A stretch of DNA of 63,757 bases, counting the filler, from Choristocarpus tenellus KU-1152 (taxonomy: Eukaryota > Protista > Phaeophyceae): the NCBI GenBank assembly GCA_964200185.2. It is 9 parts of 9 records of this genome, joined end to end, with 100 filler letters (N's around TTAATTAATTAA, not from the genome) between each part and the next. Parts side by side here need not be neighbours in the genome. Positions count along the whole stretch, not along the records: positions 20,741 to 27,921 come from CAXNAD020006576.1; positions 28,022 to 45,132 come from CAXNAD020000724.1; 7 more parts are not named here. The stretch is one strand, 5' to 3'. Both the position numbers and the translations under genes were made by a program. Each line of letters starts with the position of its first letter. The first letter of the stretch is position 1. Of this stretch, positions 24,401 to 37,619 are shown one piece after another. Below the pieces are notes generated by a model, which searched no databases, was not told the origin of the DNA, and saw only the letters and a list, made by a program, of their open reading frames with translations.

Positions 24401-26567
24401 CGGCTCTACCCTCTAAGATGCTTTGACTCTCAGATTTAGATATGCTTCCTTTGTGGAGGTCTCACTTCTATTATTTCACTCCCTCCACACCCACCTGCAA
24501 AGAGTCCTCTATATCTTGCAAATGGTCCTGTTTTATCGAGACCTTCCTCCAGAAGATATCTGGCCCATGGATGTTGATCAATCCCCCCCTTCGACCCGCT
24601 AGAACTCCCAAGCCTAGCCTCTAAGCCTTTTCCACCGCTCTGTGCTTGCCCATTATAACAGACCTCCCTAGGTGCGAGATCCCTCCTATCCATGAGGCTC
24701 ACCACGTGATCAAAGTTCTTAGGAAATGCAACAGATGGAGCTCCATCCTCATCGAGCCTACAGGGCGAGGGTGAGGGTGAGGGTGAGGGCATATGACTAA
24801 GTTAGGGCTTTAGATGAGAACACGACTTGAGATGCTAAAAGATTGAGTGCCTTCACTGTGAATTGGCATCTGATGTCACACTCCAGGAATTCACTTGTGA
24901 TGGTCAGCTGTAGTCCACACTAAAAATACCCTTGAGATCGCAGCTACTGTTTCAAATTTCCCACGTATGGTACACTTAGTCATCCAACTGATGTATAGTC
25001 TCCTTCATGTAGCACAAGTTCATTTGCGCAGGTTTTCCAGGCATTTTCATTCCAAACTTTTCTCAGTCAGATTTGAGTCTAGAAGTATTGGATGATTTTA
25101 TCTCACTTTCACCTCACATCGCAAGTACCTGGACGGAGCTCTAGAAGGCACTTCCGTAGTTGGAGTACAAGTAGGTACTCATATTTTACTGCACTCTGTA
25201 CTCCACAGTAGCACCTGTGGCATTGCTAACACCATCATGTAAGCAACTAGTCTCTCCAAAACCTCAGCATCTGTACCCTGTCCTTTGCCACTGAGATTGC
25301 ACCTCTTGATAACTTGATCCACTAGAGTTCTAGAGTTCCATGTGTAGGTTCTTGTTGTAATTTCCCATCCCCCTGTAATCTCACATGTCCTGTGGTGACA
25401 ATATTAATTTCACCAAACCTGGCCGCAATACTGCCAGGTGAACACAGTAGGAGCTGATACCAACTAGATAATTCTTTTTTCTTCCCCTAGAGCCAAACTT
25501 AGAGTCCGTTTGCTGCAGTATTTCCTCGTATTGTGTCGGTTTGTCTCCTGTGGTCTACAACACAGCATTCATGGAATTCGTGGATCACCCGTACTCTTGT
25601 GTGTCTACTATGTTTAAACCCACCTTGCTCGAATGACTTTAATATAATGCGTGAGCTCCTCCCGTAGCTTGTTATGTGCTATACAGGATTCCTGTGCCGA
25701 TGCAAGTAGTGTAGCCACACCAGATCTTGCACTTGCCATTGGCTGGTCCGTCACAACCACTGCAATTTCCTTTCCAATCTCTTGTGTACTGCCCTCGGAC
25801 TTCTCCCTGAGTAGACGTCCACTCCACTCTTCTCCCATGCCTGGCGGAGTGCCGGTACTTTTACCCGCGCAGGGCTCGAATGCAGGAGCTGAATCATTGC
25901 CTTCGTCACTACCTGCTTCACACGATGGAGAAAATGAAACTCCAGGTGACTGATTTGTCCTAAGCTGAGCGGCAACGATAGGACCAGATCTCTCGGTACT
26001 GGGGTGTTTTTCGCCGGATGAAATAGTTGGAAAGTTGAGCAGTAGATCTTTGATATATCCATCTGAGTCCATCCCATCTTTCGATGCCTCATCCGCAGTC
26101 ATGGCATCAGCCTCCCTGGACAAGAGGTCAGCCTCCCTGGATAAGAGGCATTCTTCGTCGACCACAATACTTGCTCCACTTCCACTTGATCCAGAGACCC
26201 GTGGAGACCTGGAAGGATCCGTTTTCGGTCGTCCCTGAAGGTTGCTTGTAAGATTGCCAAGAATAAGTTGCGGGGAGTCCATAGCGGCATCCAGCGACCA
26301 CATAGAAGAGTGGGGACGACGGTGGCCGTCTCCAGACCTCGAGACCCGTACCAGGTTCCTCGCTGACCTTGAATAACAACTATGAAAATCGAAAAGGAAG
26401 AGTACACCGACACTTTGTCAAATACGCTTGCTAGTATCCGGGTAGTTTGATATACGGTGCGATCAGCTGTCTATTAAACGAATCGAACTTCCAGTGAAGC
26501 GCAGCATTGCTCACATCGGCGTACTTGTCCGAGGCCTTGTACAGGCTTCACGTGGTAAGCGCTGCAT
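21466..26567 (-). CDS. FSIP1 (fibrous sheath-interacting protein 1)-like protein, at least 9 exons, 3' end unresolved
   Basis: Phase-consistent exons 26567-26515, 26367-25624, 24757-24495, 23947-23697, 23403-23216, 23045-22850, 22589-22456, 22135-21934, 21630-21466. Motifs in FSIP1 order: KLQRGLARMRELDFRL, AFLT, IVKENACQA, LSQEQEDLISRL, RLAEIDAML, PGEKALRVHREERMQRERE-IDTA. Confidence 0.7.
24173..24429. mobile_element. 257-bp Harbinger-like MITE in an intron
   Basis: 23-bp TIRs (GAGT..AAG.ATCTTAGAGGGTA) with TCA TSD; same family as 30602-30859. Confidence 0.88.
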
Positions 26568-27148
26568 CCCCGGACTAACAACGGTCAGATATCACGATCC
26601 GAGGGGGGTGAAGACAGGCAGTAGGAGTCGCAGTGATGTGTTCTTCGGTCAAGGCTTGATTCCAACTTATCTCTTCTTGTGGTAATGTTGTTCTTCCTTC
26701 GACTTTACGAGAGATCTACATATTGGATAAAAATAGAGTTCGGAGTAACGGAGTAACGGAGTAACGGCATGGTCAAAGAGGAACTCGGGCTATCGGGGGG
26801 AATAGACAAATTACACAACTCCTAGTGTCGCGGAAAAGTATCTTGGCTCGGGATCGATCCCTTGTGGCTGATAGGCACCATACGCGGTAGATGCGGAGTA
26901 GTTACACGTGGAAAGATGGTGTTTCTCTTACAATGGAGCAGCCATTATCCCTTCCAAGCCATGTTCATCACTCCACTCTTCCGACATCGAAGTCAGTTCG
27001 TCCCACACGTCTCCTTGTTCGTAAAAAGACGGGTATAGGAAAAGCAAGTCATTTTGCAACAGGGTATTTCCTCTTCGACGACATCGACCCCCTGGAAATT
27101 ATACGTTGAATAAAGAATAGCTAGGTGCTAAGACAAGACTACACCAGA
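26568..27148. promoter_or_regulatory. Putative bidirectional promoter between the FSIP1-like gene and BiP
   Basis: 581 bp between divergent ATGs; CpG-rich; (CGGAGTAA)x3 at 26741-26764; CACGTG at about 26915. Confidence 0.5.
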
Positions 27149-27683
27149 ATGAGAGGCCACCGGCGTTGTTCTGAAAGAGGCAATTGGTTTTCCACTGTGA
27201 TCCTGGTAAAGACAAGACGACGCTCTAGAGATCTCTAAGTTAATTTTGTCAATCACTGTCAGCGTCAACAATATGACCACACATCAACTCTTTTCCTGAT
27301 AGGTATTCTTCAGCGCACTAGTTATAGTGCCGGCAGGTTTCGTGGCAGACGCCAGTACGACTTCTTCCTCTCCTTCCTCGTCTTCGTCGTCCTCTTCGAA
27401 AGGTGCCATAATTGGCATCGACTTGGGCACTACCTACTCATGCGTGGCAGTCGCCCGGAATGGTCAAGTCGAGATCATCGCGAATGACCAGGGCAATAGA
27501 GTAACTCCAAGTTACGTGGCATGGGGCGAAAGAGATCGACTGGTAGGAGATGCCGCCAAGAATCAAGCGGCCATGAACCCCCACAACACCGTGTTTGACG
27601 TGAAGAGGCTGATTGGGCGAAAGTTCTCGGACCAAACGGTGCAGAACGACAAGACCTTATTCCCCTTCTCCGTTGTGAACCAG
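27149..27683 (+). CDS. BiP: ER luminal Hsp70 (BiP/GRP78), first two exons
   Basis: Exons 27149-27205 and 27303-27683 give a signal peptide ([19 protein letters not shown]) then [13 protein letters not shown]...[19 protein letters not shown]...[30 protein letters not shown]. Confidence 0.95.
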
Positions 27684-28399
27684 GTGTGATACATCAATCT
27701 ATCAACAATTCTCGCTTTCATTTTTGAGTATAAAAACGTTACGCGTTAGCGCCAACGGTGCTATACTCTACCCTTTTTTGTATCCAGAGTATCACACCGA
27801 TGATAAAGGAGCAATTTTCCAAACGTTTCCTGGGCCTGTAGATGGACTACATCCAATATGTTACGATTTGTTGGGCACCATATCGCATCCTACCTTCTGA
27901 CCCAAAGTATCTGGGGGGGCGNNNNNNNNNNNNNNNNNNNNNNNNNNNNNNNNNNNNNNNNNNNNTTAATTAATTAANNNNNNNNNNNNNNNNNNNNNNN
28001 NNNNNNNNNNNNNNNNNNNNNCCCTCCCAAACCCTCACACACCCACACACTCCCTCTCTCAATTCTTGGGGCTAATCTCAGATTGTAGTCTCTCACAATA
28101 TAATCTTAATTGCTACAAACTAACAACCCATCATGTCTTCCAGTCTGCTGTGATGTGTGTACTTCAGCAAGATTGCCCTTGCCAGTCTCTTCTTCCTTGC
28201 CTCCTACACAACATTTTGTTCAACACTATCATCCACTAGCTGCATATTGGTGGCATATATTTCAAGGTGTGATAGTATAAGGAGTTCCGTTCATTAGAAT
28301 TTAGGATGCGGACTCCCTCTTCCCCACCTTCTACCTGGTCTCAGCTCACAACCGAAAGAGAGGACTAGTTCCACAAAGTGCTACAGACTACTGTCTAGT

Positions 28400-29900
28400 G
28401 CTACGAACGACCGTTGTATGCTACAGAAAGACATAGCCTTACCCAGAGTGCTTAGGAACAGTACTTATTGGCTGCTCATTATAGAGCAGGTCAAAGTATT
28501 TCATTCCAAAGACCTTCATAGTACAATCAAGATACAGGCAGCCTTCTCGTTTCCAAGCCTCACCACGCAACCCTAGGGAGCATAGTAAGAAGAAAATGAA
28601 GGTGTTTGTTTGGCAGGCTGGAAAATGTTGTGGGGAAGTTATTCCCTACTTCCATCATGGCAATCACAGGGGTGATGTACACTTATTAAATGCTGTTACT
28701 TGTGCCGCATTGAGAATTGTCCACAGAACATACGAAATGGCACTCCATCCCAAATGAAGAAGTTCTTCCCAGCATTTAAAGAGATCCAATCTGCATCACA
28801 ATAAATACAGCAAAGAAAGGACGAAAGAACGTACAATTGCTACAAATGATAACCAAAACAATCGAAAATGCATCACACGAACACCCAATACTTGGGATAT
28901 GAACCAGAACATAACATCATCACCAGGTCTACAGGAACAACAGAGGGAAGATAGAAAATAAATATTTAGTGTCACACTTGGTCCATCCAATCCTATCACG
29001 ACTATACTACATACGTAACAAAGGATAGAGGGACACAAGTAAAATCAACCCAAAAGAGAATGGGGCATGATGAGAAAAGCAGCAATTGGTAAGGAATGGT
29101 GAGCATGATTGTGCCCCGATCAGTTCGAGCTGCTCACCTGCTGTTTTAGCGTGATGCACATACTTCACCCATCACGGCTTTCGCCATGAATATTTGTGCC
29201 ATCAACCACACACTCACATAACACACATGTACCACCTGTGTCCAATTGTTGATTTGTATTCCATTCTTCAAACGAACAGTCCCATATTCTCTATCCCATC
29301 ATGCAGCTACATCCAGCTGTTCTTCTGTTCACCTTAACTTCCATTATGCATCATCTCCAATTTCCCCTGGCATCAACGATTTTGAGAGTCGCTTGTCCCC
29401 TAAGGCTGCAACTGATCCTGCAGACAGAATTATTCATGTTTGCACTGTCACCTCAATTATACACAATCAATGGCATATTTTGTGGGGAAGTGTGTAATGG
29501 GTGCTTCCTGTTAGCCAAATATGTTTTAAACTGCAGGAATTTCAGACAGTGAGAGAAGAACTTCACATCGAAAACTAGACGAAGTGTCTATCTCTCACTC
29601 TCATCCAGCAGGACCTTAAGTACTTAAGTACTTTGTCCTTGAGCATTCGAATCCCAAGCTCAAGAAGTTACCCCTCCTATGGTTCTGTCTTAAAGCACTT
29701 GGCTGTAGTCTCAGAACAATCCCAGAATTTGAACCTGTCAACATTTCTTGGCAGTGATGTCAGCTTCCTCGCTGACGAAGCTTTTTAGTTAAGCATACTT
29801 GCAGTCTGTTTGTAGGTCTGGCATCAAGCTTGGATCTGTATAATACTTTCCTTGTTCCGGCTTAAATGCAGCATAACTTTTGCAAGCTCCGTTCTTGCTC
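28400..29900 (-). pseudogene. Further diverged copy of the family's large ORF (middle domain)
   Basis: VSEEADITAKK, THFPTKYAIDC..KHE*FCLQ and SW-VAA..DREY parallel VTDTEDAAKK, TQATTHWASDV..RHMRFVLK and SWVRAMMEYRREY of 54870-55620. Confidence 0.5.
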
Positions 29901-30601
29901 GGGAACAACCCATGTGATAAATGTTAGAACTTTTAGTAGAACCCTAATATACATACTACTATATTCTAGGGGTACAACATTCAGTAAGGGCGGTTGTTCT
30001 TTCATTGATAATTATGAAATTGTTGTACAACCGAAAAGAAAAAAAAGAGGTCGAAAAGAACATACTTTCTTGGTCAAGGGAGACTAGGTGGGTATCCCTT
30101 CTACCAGGATCGAACTCATCCGCTGCTATCCCTGTGCACTGTACGTAATGCTAAACACCGGGCATATCAGAAGGGAAAAAGAAGACCGGACTACTTCTTC
30201 CTGCAAGGTGATCAGGTGCGTACGACTCGAGGATGATGTATCCCGACTGCAACATGCCATCCTCTCTGGGCCTGACTCAATGCGCAAAACATTTTCTATC
30301 CTTCTGTCGATTTCTCCTGCCACATTTGCAATGTGCCCAACCGATACAGACCTTACGTGACAAAAGGAGAGGCTTAGTCCAACTACCGAATGCTGCCATG
30401 CCTCCAAAGGGAACCAGAAGTGAGTCCCCCTATCAGAAACGCGCACCCTCTGTGCAGCTCATTCGGGAGCGTTCCTGAATGGCCGATATTACAAACACCA
30501 TCATAATTTAGCACCTTTGACGGATGTTACGACTTTCATCAGTTCACATAGCATGTATTAGCATGTGGGTGCCATCATCATGTACCCAAGTGGTTGTATG
30601 A

Positions 30602-30859
30602 GAGCCAAAGTATCTTAGAGGGTAGGCCCGTGTCCATTTGGGTGCCAAAATCCAATATTGCGATTTTGATGTAATTTTGACTATCGTGTTCGTTAGGAAG
30701 TTTTAATATTCTTGTTCCGGACACGCCTTTTCATAACGTATACATTTTACCTACTCCAAACCATTTGGAGTAGGAAAATATCATAAAAGAACCCATCGGA
30801 AGCCAAGCCTCAGAAGGACAAACAGGGCAAAACTCATACCCCCTAAGATATTTTCACTC
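30602..30859. mobile_element. 258-bp Harbinger-like MITE
   Basis: GAG...CTC TIRs with TGA TSD; inverted relative to 24173-24429. Confidence 0.88.
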
Positions 30860-31669
30860 TGACCCTGTAGTCACGGCCCCTAACCCAACCATTGTCTCAT
30901 AATGTGCCGTAGCCAACACGCTCATTCGGGGTCGTGTCTTCCTCGACAACTGATCGTTCACGGTATGTAATGTATTCTGCCAATTTCTATGTACACATTC
31001 CTCTCGATAAACATTTCCAACATATTTTGTACCCGGCTTTGGTGAAAGCACGTACATGCCCCTCGCATTAGGAATTATCTCGTTATTGCTTCCTTAATGT
31101 ATAGCCCAAATTCGGGTTAGGGGTAGACGGCATTGCTGTCCACCGCTCTACATCGATTCACACGAGATCACCCGTACAAACAAACACGACATATACACAC
31201 TCCTAATTACATTCCACCCATACAATACTGTGCATAGTGGTAGCGATTGATATCCCATCGCGTTATGTAGAAAGGCTTTCAGGTCTACGACCAAACCAAT
31301 TTCGACCACCACTGCTATGTTGCCATCTGTGTAAATATCGTTCGGAACCTCCAGATGCAATTCCGAGTGAAAGCAATTTCGCATCAAAACCGGCGTAACC
31401 CCTATGTATGCCGGTCTGTCTATCTCGGCGTATATAGCACGGGTCTGTCGACACCGGCAACAATTTTTTTGGTATACACTAAGAGGCCTCCATGTCATTG
31501 CGGTTTGAAGTACAGGGAGCAAATGCTCACGTTAGGCCAAGATTGGTGACGTGTGCAGTGTTGAACAGTTTGGTCACATATCCACCCCTCATTTCGCTTT
31601 TCTCAGTCGTGAACACAACCACACATCTCTACGCAAGTATCTGCGTTCATTTGCATTCGGACCTTGTAC

Positions 31670-32125
31670 CAAGCAGCTGTCAATAGTGGTCCCACCAGCG
31701 TCACTACTCAATGCCCAGTATTTATTACTGTTAGAACCGTCTACACACCATCTATCAATAGTGGTATCACCGACATTGCTACTTCGATGCTCTGTGTGTA
31801 TTACCATTAGAACCGTCCACACACCAGCTGTCAATAGTGTATCACAGACACTGCTACTTCGATGCCCTGTATTTATTGCCATTAGAACCGTGTACACACC
31901 AGCTATCAATTGTGGTATCACCAACGATAATACTCAATGCCCTGTATTTATCATCATTGAGACCGTGTTAAAAGCAGCTGTCAATAGTGGTCCTTAGAAC
32001 TTTACTACTCAATGCCCAGTATTGTTCATCAACCAGACCGTTACACACCGGCTACCTATGGTGCTATCATCAACATATGTAGTCAATGCCCAGTCTCTAT
32101 TACCACTGTTACCGTGTACACACGG
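31670..32125 (+). repeat. Tandem repeat, 75-76 bp unit, about 6 copies
   Basis: cagctgtcaatagtggt-like starts at 31674, 31749, 31825, 31900 and 31975, with a decayed unit near 32050. Confidence 0.85.
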
Positions 32126-33599
32126 GATGTCTGAACTGGTCCCATCAACCTGGCCAACCCGAACCCTTGATACTCTATCTGCAGTGGAACTATTTTCTAT
32201 CCCAGCCGTACATAGTAGTTGCACCACCACCACCACTACACCATGCCCTATAATTTGTTTGATCGAAACCATTCATAAACCGTCTGCCACCAGCAGTGCC
32301 ACCGTCACTTATCCCATCCGCATTTTACGTTGGACCTAACCCAAGACCGACCGGACGTCGAAATACCGTATGGATTTGTGGCGATTTCTAAGCATGTAAT
32401 CTCTTCATTCCCTTGTCAGAGCACCGCGCACACCATACCCTGTCGTTAGCCCACCATCCAAAGCCTCCATCCCACCCTAATCACCCCACCCACCCCAGAT
32501 GCCAACAATGTAAGCCCTGAAACTAATACCCATGATCCTTACACGCTAACCCTAATCAAAACTAATTATCTGCATTACGAACACTCAACCCAAACCGCGA
32601 AGAGACAGATTTCACCTTACATATAACATGTCGATGTACTGGTAATGCAGCAGCTATCGTCAGAGTTTATTCCAGCAAATTCAACCCAACGTCACAGAAA
32701 TTGGAACATGGGTTGCAGTGACATATGTAGAGAGTAATCAGACAACTGATCCGAAATAGAATTAGGATTCCATGATTCTATTCCACGCACCACAACATCC
32801 TTCTGTCGAATGCTACGTGACGACACTATCGATATGCACGTGTAAGGGCTTCAATACAATTGGAACTTTTCCGATAAAGTTCGTGCGACACGATCCCGAT
32901 TTAGCTTGCGCGTTAGTATCACAACACGCGCGTAGCTTCATCACAAACCGCGGTTACCTCACTTTAAAAATTGATTACTTCTGCCGAGCAGCAGGACATA
33001 CCCAATTTCTACATTCCAAAATTGCCATATGCGTTTCAAACTGGTACATTCATGCTTTCCCTTTTGCGGTTCAACTTCATGTTTTTCTGCTTTCCATGCT
33101 TGTTCCGAATTGTTGCACACCACCCACAATCGTGTTTGTCATGCTTTCGAAATTGATGACCTTTGCCGTCCGACAAAAACATCAAATATTTCTTCATTAT
33201 TGTCTGCCCTATGTCAAACATAAACCGGTGCTTGGTTGCCCTCCTGACATGTAACCCAGGCTAGTGCGTAAATGTTTTTCATCTGTGTACAAAATTGGTG
33301 CGTTTTCGCATTCCATATTCCTTCCGAGTCGGCAGGGTTTACCATTTGATGCATGTACGCAAATAGCTGTCTCCACGGAAACGCTACACCGTCCTCATGA
33401 CAACAACAGCGCTTCGCCCATATCATCTAACATTTGCCTAGCGCACGCATGAACACGAACCTCACACTCCCTATAGATCCCGTCGTCATTGATCACATAC
33501 ACTGCCACTGTCTATACAACAATACCGTTGCTGTCATCGCCCAACAATAGTATCTGTCCCTGTATCGATATCCTTTTTGTTTGCTGATACCGTTGCCAT

Positions 33600-35421
33600 A
33601 AATATCACCCCCTACAATCACAGGCAGTTGTCCAGAGGCCCAAAAAATATCTGAAGAGGAAAAGACGACAGAGTTGATCACGGCAATCCTCAGCGCGACC
33701 CGTACGGTCGACCTCACCACATCTGCTTTCGTGTCCCATAAGTAAAATGCCAAACTTCTTGATAAGGGGAGGGTAGAGACAATGTTTAAAAAGCTGGGCC
33801 CGGACACACAAGTTGCCACCGATAAGCTCGCAGCAGTCCTGAGTGCACAGCCTTTCTCTTTGTGCTCGCGATGGAAGATGATCAATAAGTTCAGGTCCGA
33901 CATGCACAAAGCAAAGGTAGCCTCTGATGCGCCCGACGCCGAACTGCTCACGCACTACATTGCGAATGGCAATATAGAAGTAGATGAGGATGGCGATGCT
34001 AGGGATCCGCAAGACGGCAATAATGTCTTGTTTTGCTTGAATGGATAACATTGGATCATGCTCTAGAGGGTCATCAAGTGCGTGGTGAAGGAGGTAAACA
34101 TTCCATAGAGCATCAACCTCCCAGTCCACATCACAACGCAATGGGCCTCAGACATCGGAGCAAACCTTCAGAGAGGCGAGCACAGGAGGTTTATGTGGAA
34201 GGTATTTCCACAGTGCAGCTGTGAGAAGGCTGAATCCATATCAATTGGAGAGGGTGTGGTGGCCAGAAAATCACGTGTGCCTAACATCCTCGACATATTC
34301 GAAAGGATGGTGTGTTGGGTTAGAGCCATTATGGAGTATAAGCGTGACTTCAAGTATGACAGGTCCTGCCCCTCCCTGCAGAAAACGGGTGAGGACTCTG
34401 AGCGTTACACGTGCATGACGATATTGGTAACCCAGTGCAACCAATACTCTGTCTTGAAGGCATAGACTTCTGGAGTGCCCACGCCGCATTCCACACAGCA
34501 ATAAAAGGAGGGTTGCTGCAAGGATCATGGCATTCCTCAAAGAAGCGTGAGAAGACACCAATATGGAAAATGGAATGAATAAACTCGGCGAGCAAACCTC
34601 CGCCCAATTAGTGGCGACCAAATTATAGTATTGGGTGGAGGTTTGCTCGCCGAGTTTATTCATTCCATTTTCCAAGTTGGTATCCTCTCACGCTTCCGTG
34701 AGGAATGCCTTTATTTTCGCAGCGACCCTCCTCTTTATTGTCGTCTGGAACGCGGCTTCGGCACTCCAGAAGTCTATGTCTCCCAGACAGTATTGGTTGC
34801 ATTGGGTTAGCAATGTTGTCATGCGCATGCGACGATCAGAGGCTTCACCCATATCCTGCAGGTAGGGGCAGGACCTGTCACACCTGAAGTCGCGCTTATA
34901 GTCCATGATAGCTGCAACCCAACACACCATCCAATGGAATATGTCCAGGATGTTAGGCATGTGTGATCTGCTGGCCACCACACTCTCTTCTATGGATATT
35001 GATACAGCCTTCTCGCGACTGCAGTATGGAAATATCTTCCACATGAACCTCCTGTGCTCGCCTCTCTGAAGGTTCGCTCTGACGCCTGAGGCCCATCGCG
35101 TTGCGATGTGAGCTGGGAGGTTGATGCTGCATGGAATGTTGGAGAAGGGTGGTGACCGAATTATAGAATTGGGTGGAAGTTTGCTCACCGAGTTTATTCA
35201 TTCCATTTTCCATGTTGGTATCCTCCCAAGCTTCCGTGAGGAATGCCTTAATCTTCGCAGCAACCCTCCTCTTTATTGCTGTCTGGAATGCAGCGTGGGC
35301 ACTTCAGAAGTCTATGTCTTGCAGACAATATTGATTGCACTGGGTTACCAACGTCATCATGCGTGTGTAACGCTCGGAGTCCTCACCCGTATCCTGCAGG
35401 TAGGGGCGGGACCTGTCACAT
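33600..35421. pseudogene. Three rearranged copies of the family's middle domain: 33600-34607 (+), 34608-35140 (-), 35141-35421 (-)
   Basis: Repeated peptides WKVFPQCSCEKAESISIGEGVVA...PNILDIF..MVCWV...TLVTQCNQYCL.DIDFW...ENGMNKLGEQTS; clear homolog at 54870-55900. Confidence 0.85.
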
Positions 35422-35529
35422 ACATGTGAGAACGAGAAGTGGTTTTCCATCGTCCATGATGGGCAAAGTGTGTATCTGCACACCCCTGTGGACCCCCCCA
35501 ACCCCCCACGGGCACATAATAAGCATTAC

Positions 35530-36334
35530 ATTACAAAGGTGATGTTGCAGCTGTGGCCCGGTTTAGGAACCTGCACAACAGGGTGTGGTTTGATAAGAAA
35601 ATCGAGATCTGACCAATCGTAGACACTAAGGTCGCTCAGCACTCCAGTAAACACCACCCCAACGGCACCAAGGTGCTTGTGCTAGCCACCGTGAACAGGT
35701 AGAGTTATAAGAAGTTCATGATGGAGGATGTCATTCTGGCAATCAAGATCCGTATGCCTAGGCCGAAAGGACACACCGTCTTTGTAGAGTAGGACAGGGC
35801 AAAGCCACACCCCAATGGGTAAATGGAGGAGTCATTTGAAGAGGCAGTAGGGGAAGGTATTGTCATAGAGACCCAACCAGCCAATTCACCTGACCTCAAC
35901 GTCAATGGCCTGGGATTCTTTCATTCTATCCAGTAACTGAAGGAAACCGTGGGGGTGACCAACACAGAGGAGCTGATGGAGGCCACAATGGAGGCGTTCA
36001 GTGTGTACCCCCGGGAGGCATAAGAGCGCGTCTGGCAGAGCCTCTTCGCAGTCTACGGTGAAGTGCTGCAGTCTAAGGGTGACAACATCTTCAAAACTCT
36101 CAGTCTTAGCAATGAAAGGACTGAGAAGACAGGCAAGCTCCTGCCGAATGCCCCAGTGGATGCGGAAAAATACCGTACTAGAATGAAGTTTTGGAGGGCT
36201 TCAGGGGCGGAAAAATAGATAGTATAGACTGCCCTACTTTGCTTGAGATTTTGGGGGGCAACATTTTAATATCTGTACAATAAACCCATAAAATATGAAG
36301 ACTTGAAAAAAATCTGACTTCTTCATTGAAACTG
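35530..36334 (+). mobile_element. Tc1/mariner (plant-mariner DD39D-like) transposase relic with 3' terminus
   Basis: WFDKKIEI*P, FVE*DRAKPH, QPANSPDLNVNGLGFFHSIQ, ERVWQSL..KGDN; ends GAAACTG|TA at 36334. Confidence 0.88.
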
Positions 36335-36359
36335 TAAAATTTATGCTACATTTCATTCC

Positions 36360-37000
36360 GAATGGAGGAAGAAATGTCTTTGCCCTTGTTGGTAGGTTGA
36401 AGGCCCATGTTCTCCATCTTCAATTCAGACACCGTCAGTCCAATGAGCAGATCACCTTCGCAATCGCTGTCACCATCACAGCTAAGCTTTGTTAGGTCGT
36501 AGACACAATACCCACATCGTCACCATGGACGATTACTACCTGTCACTCCTCCTCCGACTTGGTTGATTTCAGCCACTCTCTGGATGACAGGGTTATTGGA
36601 GATGGCTGTGATTCTAGTGCTATAGTTCTTAATTTCTATTCTGAGGACTGCAGCAGCAGTAAAGAAGGTGTTTGTACTGGTTGGGGGCAAGAGCACACCC
36701 TCGACAAGGGCCTTGCCTGACCTCGAATCAATCCATACACTCTCCACTCTTCCCATGCAGACACATCCCGACTTTCTATCAATTGAAATGAAGGACAAAA
36801 CTAGGGGTGCTTGGTCCACGTGGAATTGAGTACATTGCCTATAAAAGGGTAATGCATTCGATACAAAGACAAAACCAATCAATAAATTGGTTGAAGGGGT
36901 TGAAGGTGGAAGTTGAACATTCAGTGCTGTAGTTTTGAAACAGATCCGGATGTTGACTTCTGTATAGTTGAAGGAACGTACCTTCAAGTAGCATATCCAA
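36360..37000 (-). pseudogene. Possible N-terminal fragment of the family's large ORF
   Basis: QLPPSTPSTNLLIGFVFVSNALP resembles HLQPSIDVDERMYATVSVFNGLLP (13998-14297), with further patchy similarity downstream. Confidence 0.35.
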
Positions 37001-37619
37001 GTATTATATCATTTTATGTATGCATAGACTGGATGACTGGGGAAGGGATGCACATTCCGTCGTAGAGTGTTGAAGGCATGTGAATGTGGATATCATGCGG
37101 GATATCCAAATAATTTATCCAACATTATTCTGTTCAAGTTATTCGTTTTTCGGACCCAGCTCAGATGACTGGTGCAAATGATATTACATCTAAAACAAAA
37201 TTGACTACATTGGAGTATATTATTATTTATTTTACTCTTCACATTAGTCCGACGGGTTCCAAATCCATGGTAAAAAAGGAATTCAGAAGAAGAAAATAAT
37301 ATTTATTGCTTGAGAAATAATACAATACATATACTCCAGAAAAAAAATGGAAAACCAGGGCTAGAAGTAAGAAAATGAGAAGAGCAGGAGAAAGAACCCA
37401 GTGTATCTATGAGGGAAGCAAGGTGAGAACCCAAGCAATCCACTTGACACCAACCAAACTGGAGTCATACCAGGTCCATCAAGGCGGAAAAACAATTATC
37501 ATACGTCACACAAAGGAACCACGAAGGAACCACGAAGGAACCACGAAGGAACAAATATTGAACTTAAGAAAATCAACCGAAGAAAGCATCAACAATGGTG
37601 GTGGTTGTGTTAGTTACTT

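Noticed and set aside
31670-32125. CRISPR or repeat-protein gene
   Set aside because: The whole unit is repeated and decays; a 76-bp unit breaks frame, so the overlapping ORFs are artefacts.
33600-35421. MDA chimera as the cause of the inverted repeats
   Set aside because: The arms differ at many positions, whereas amplification chimeras should be near-identical.
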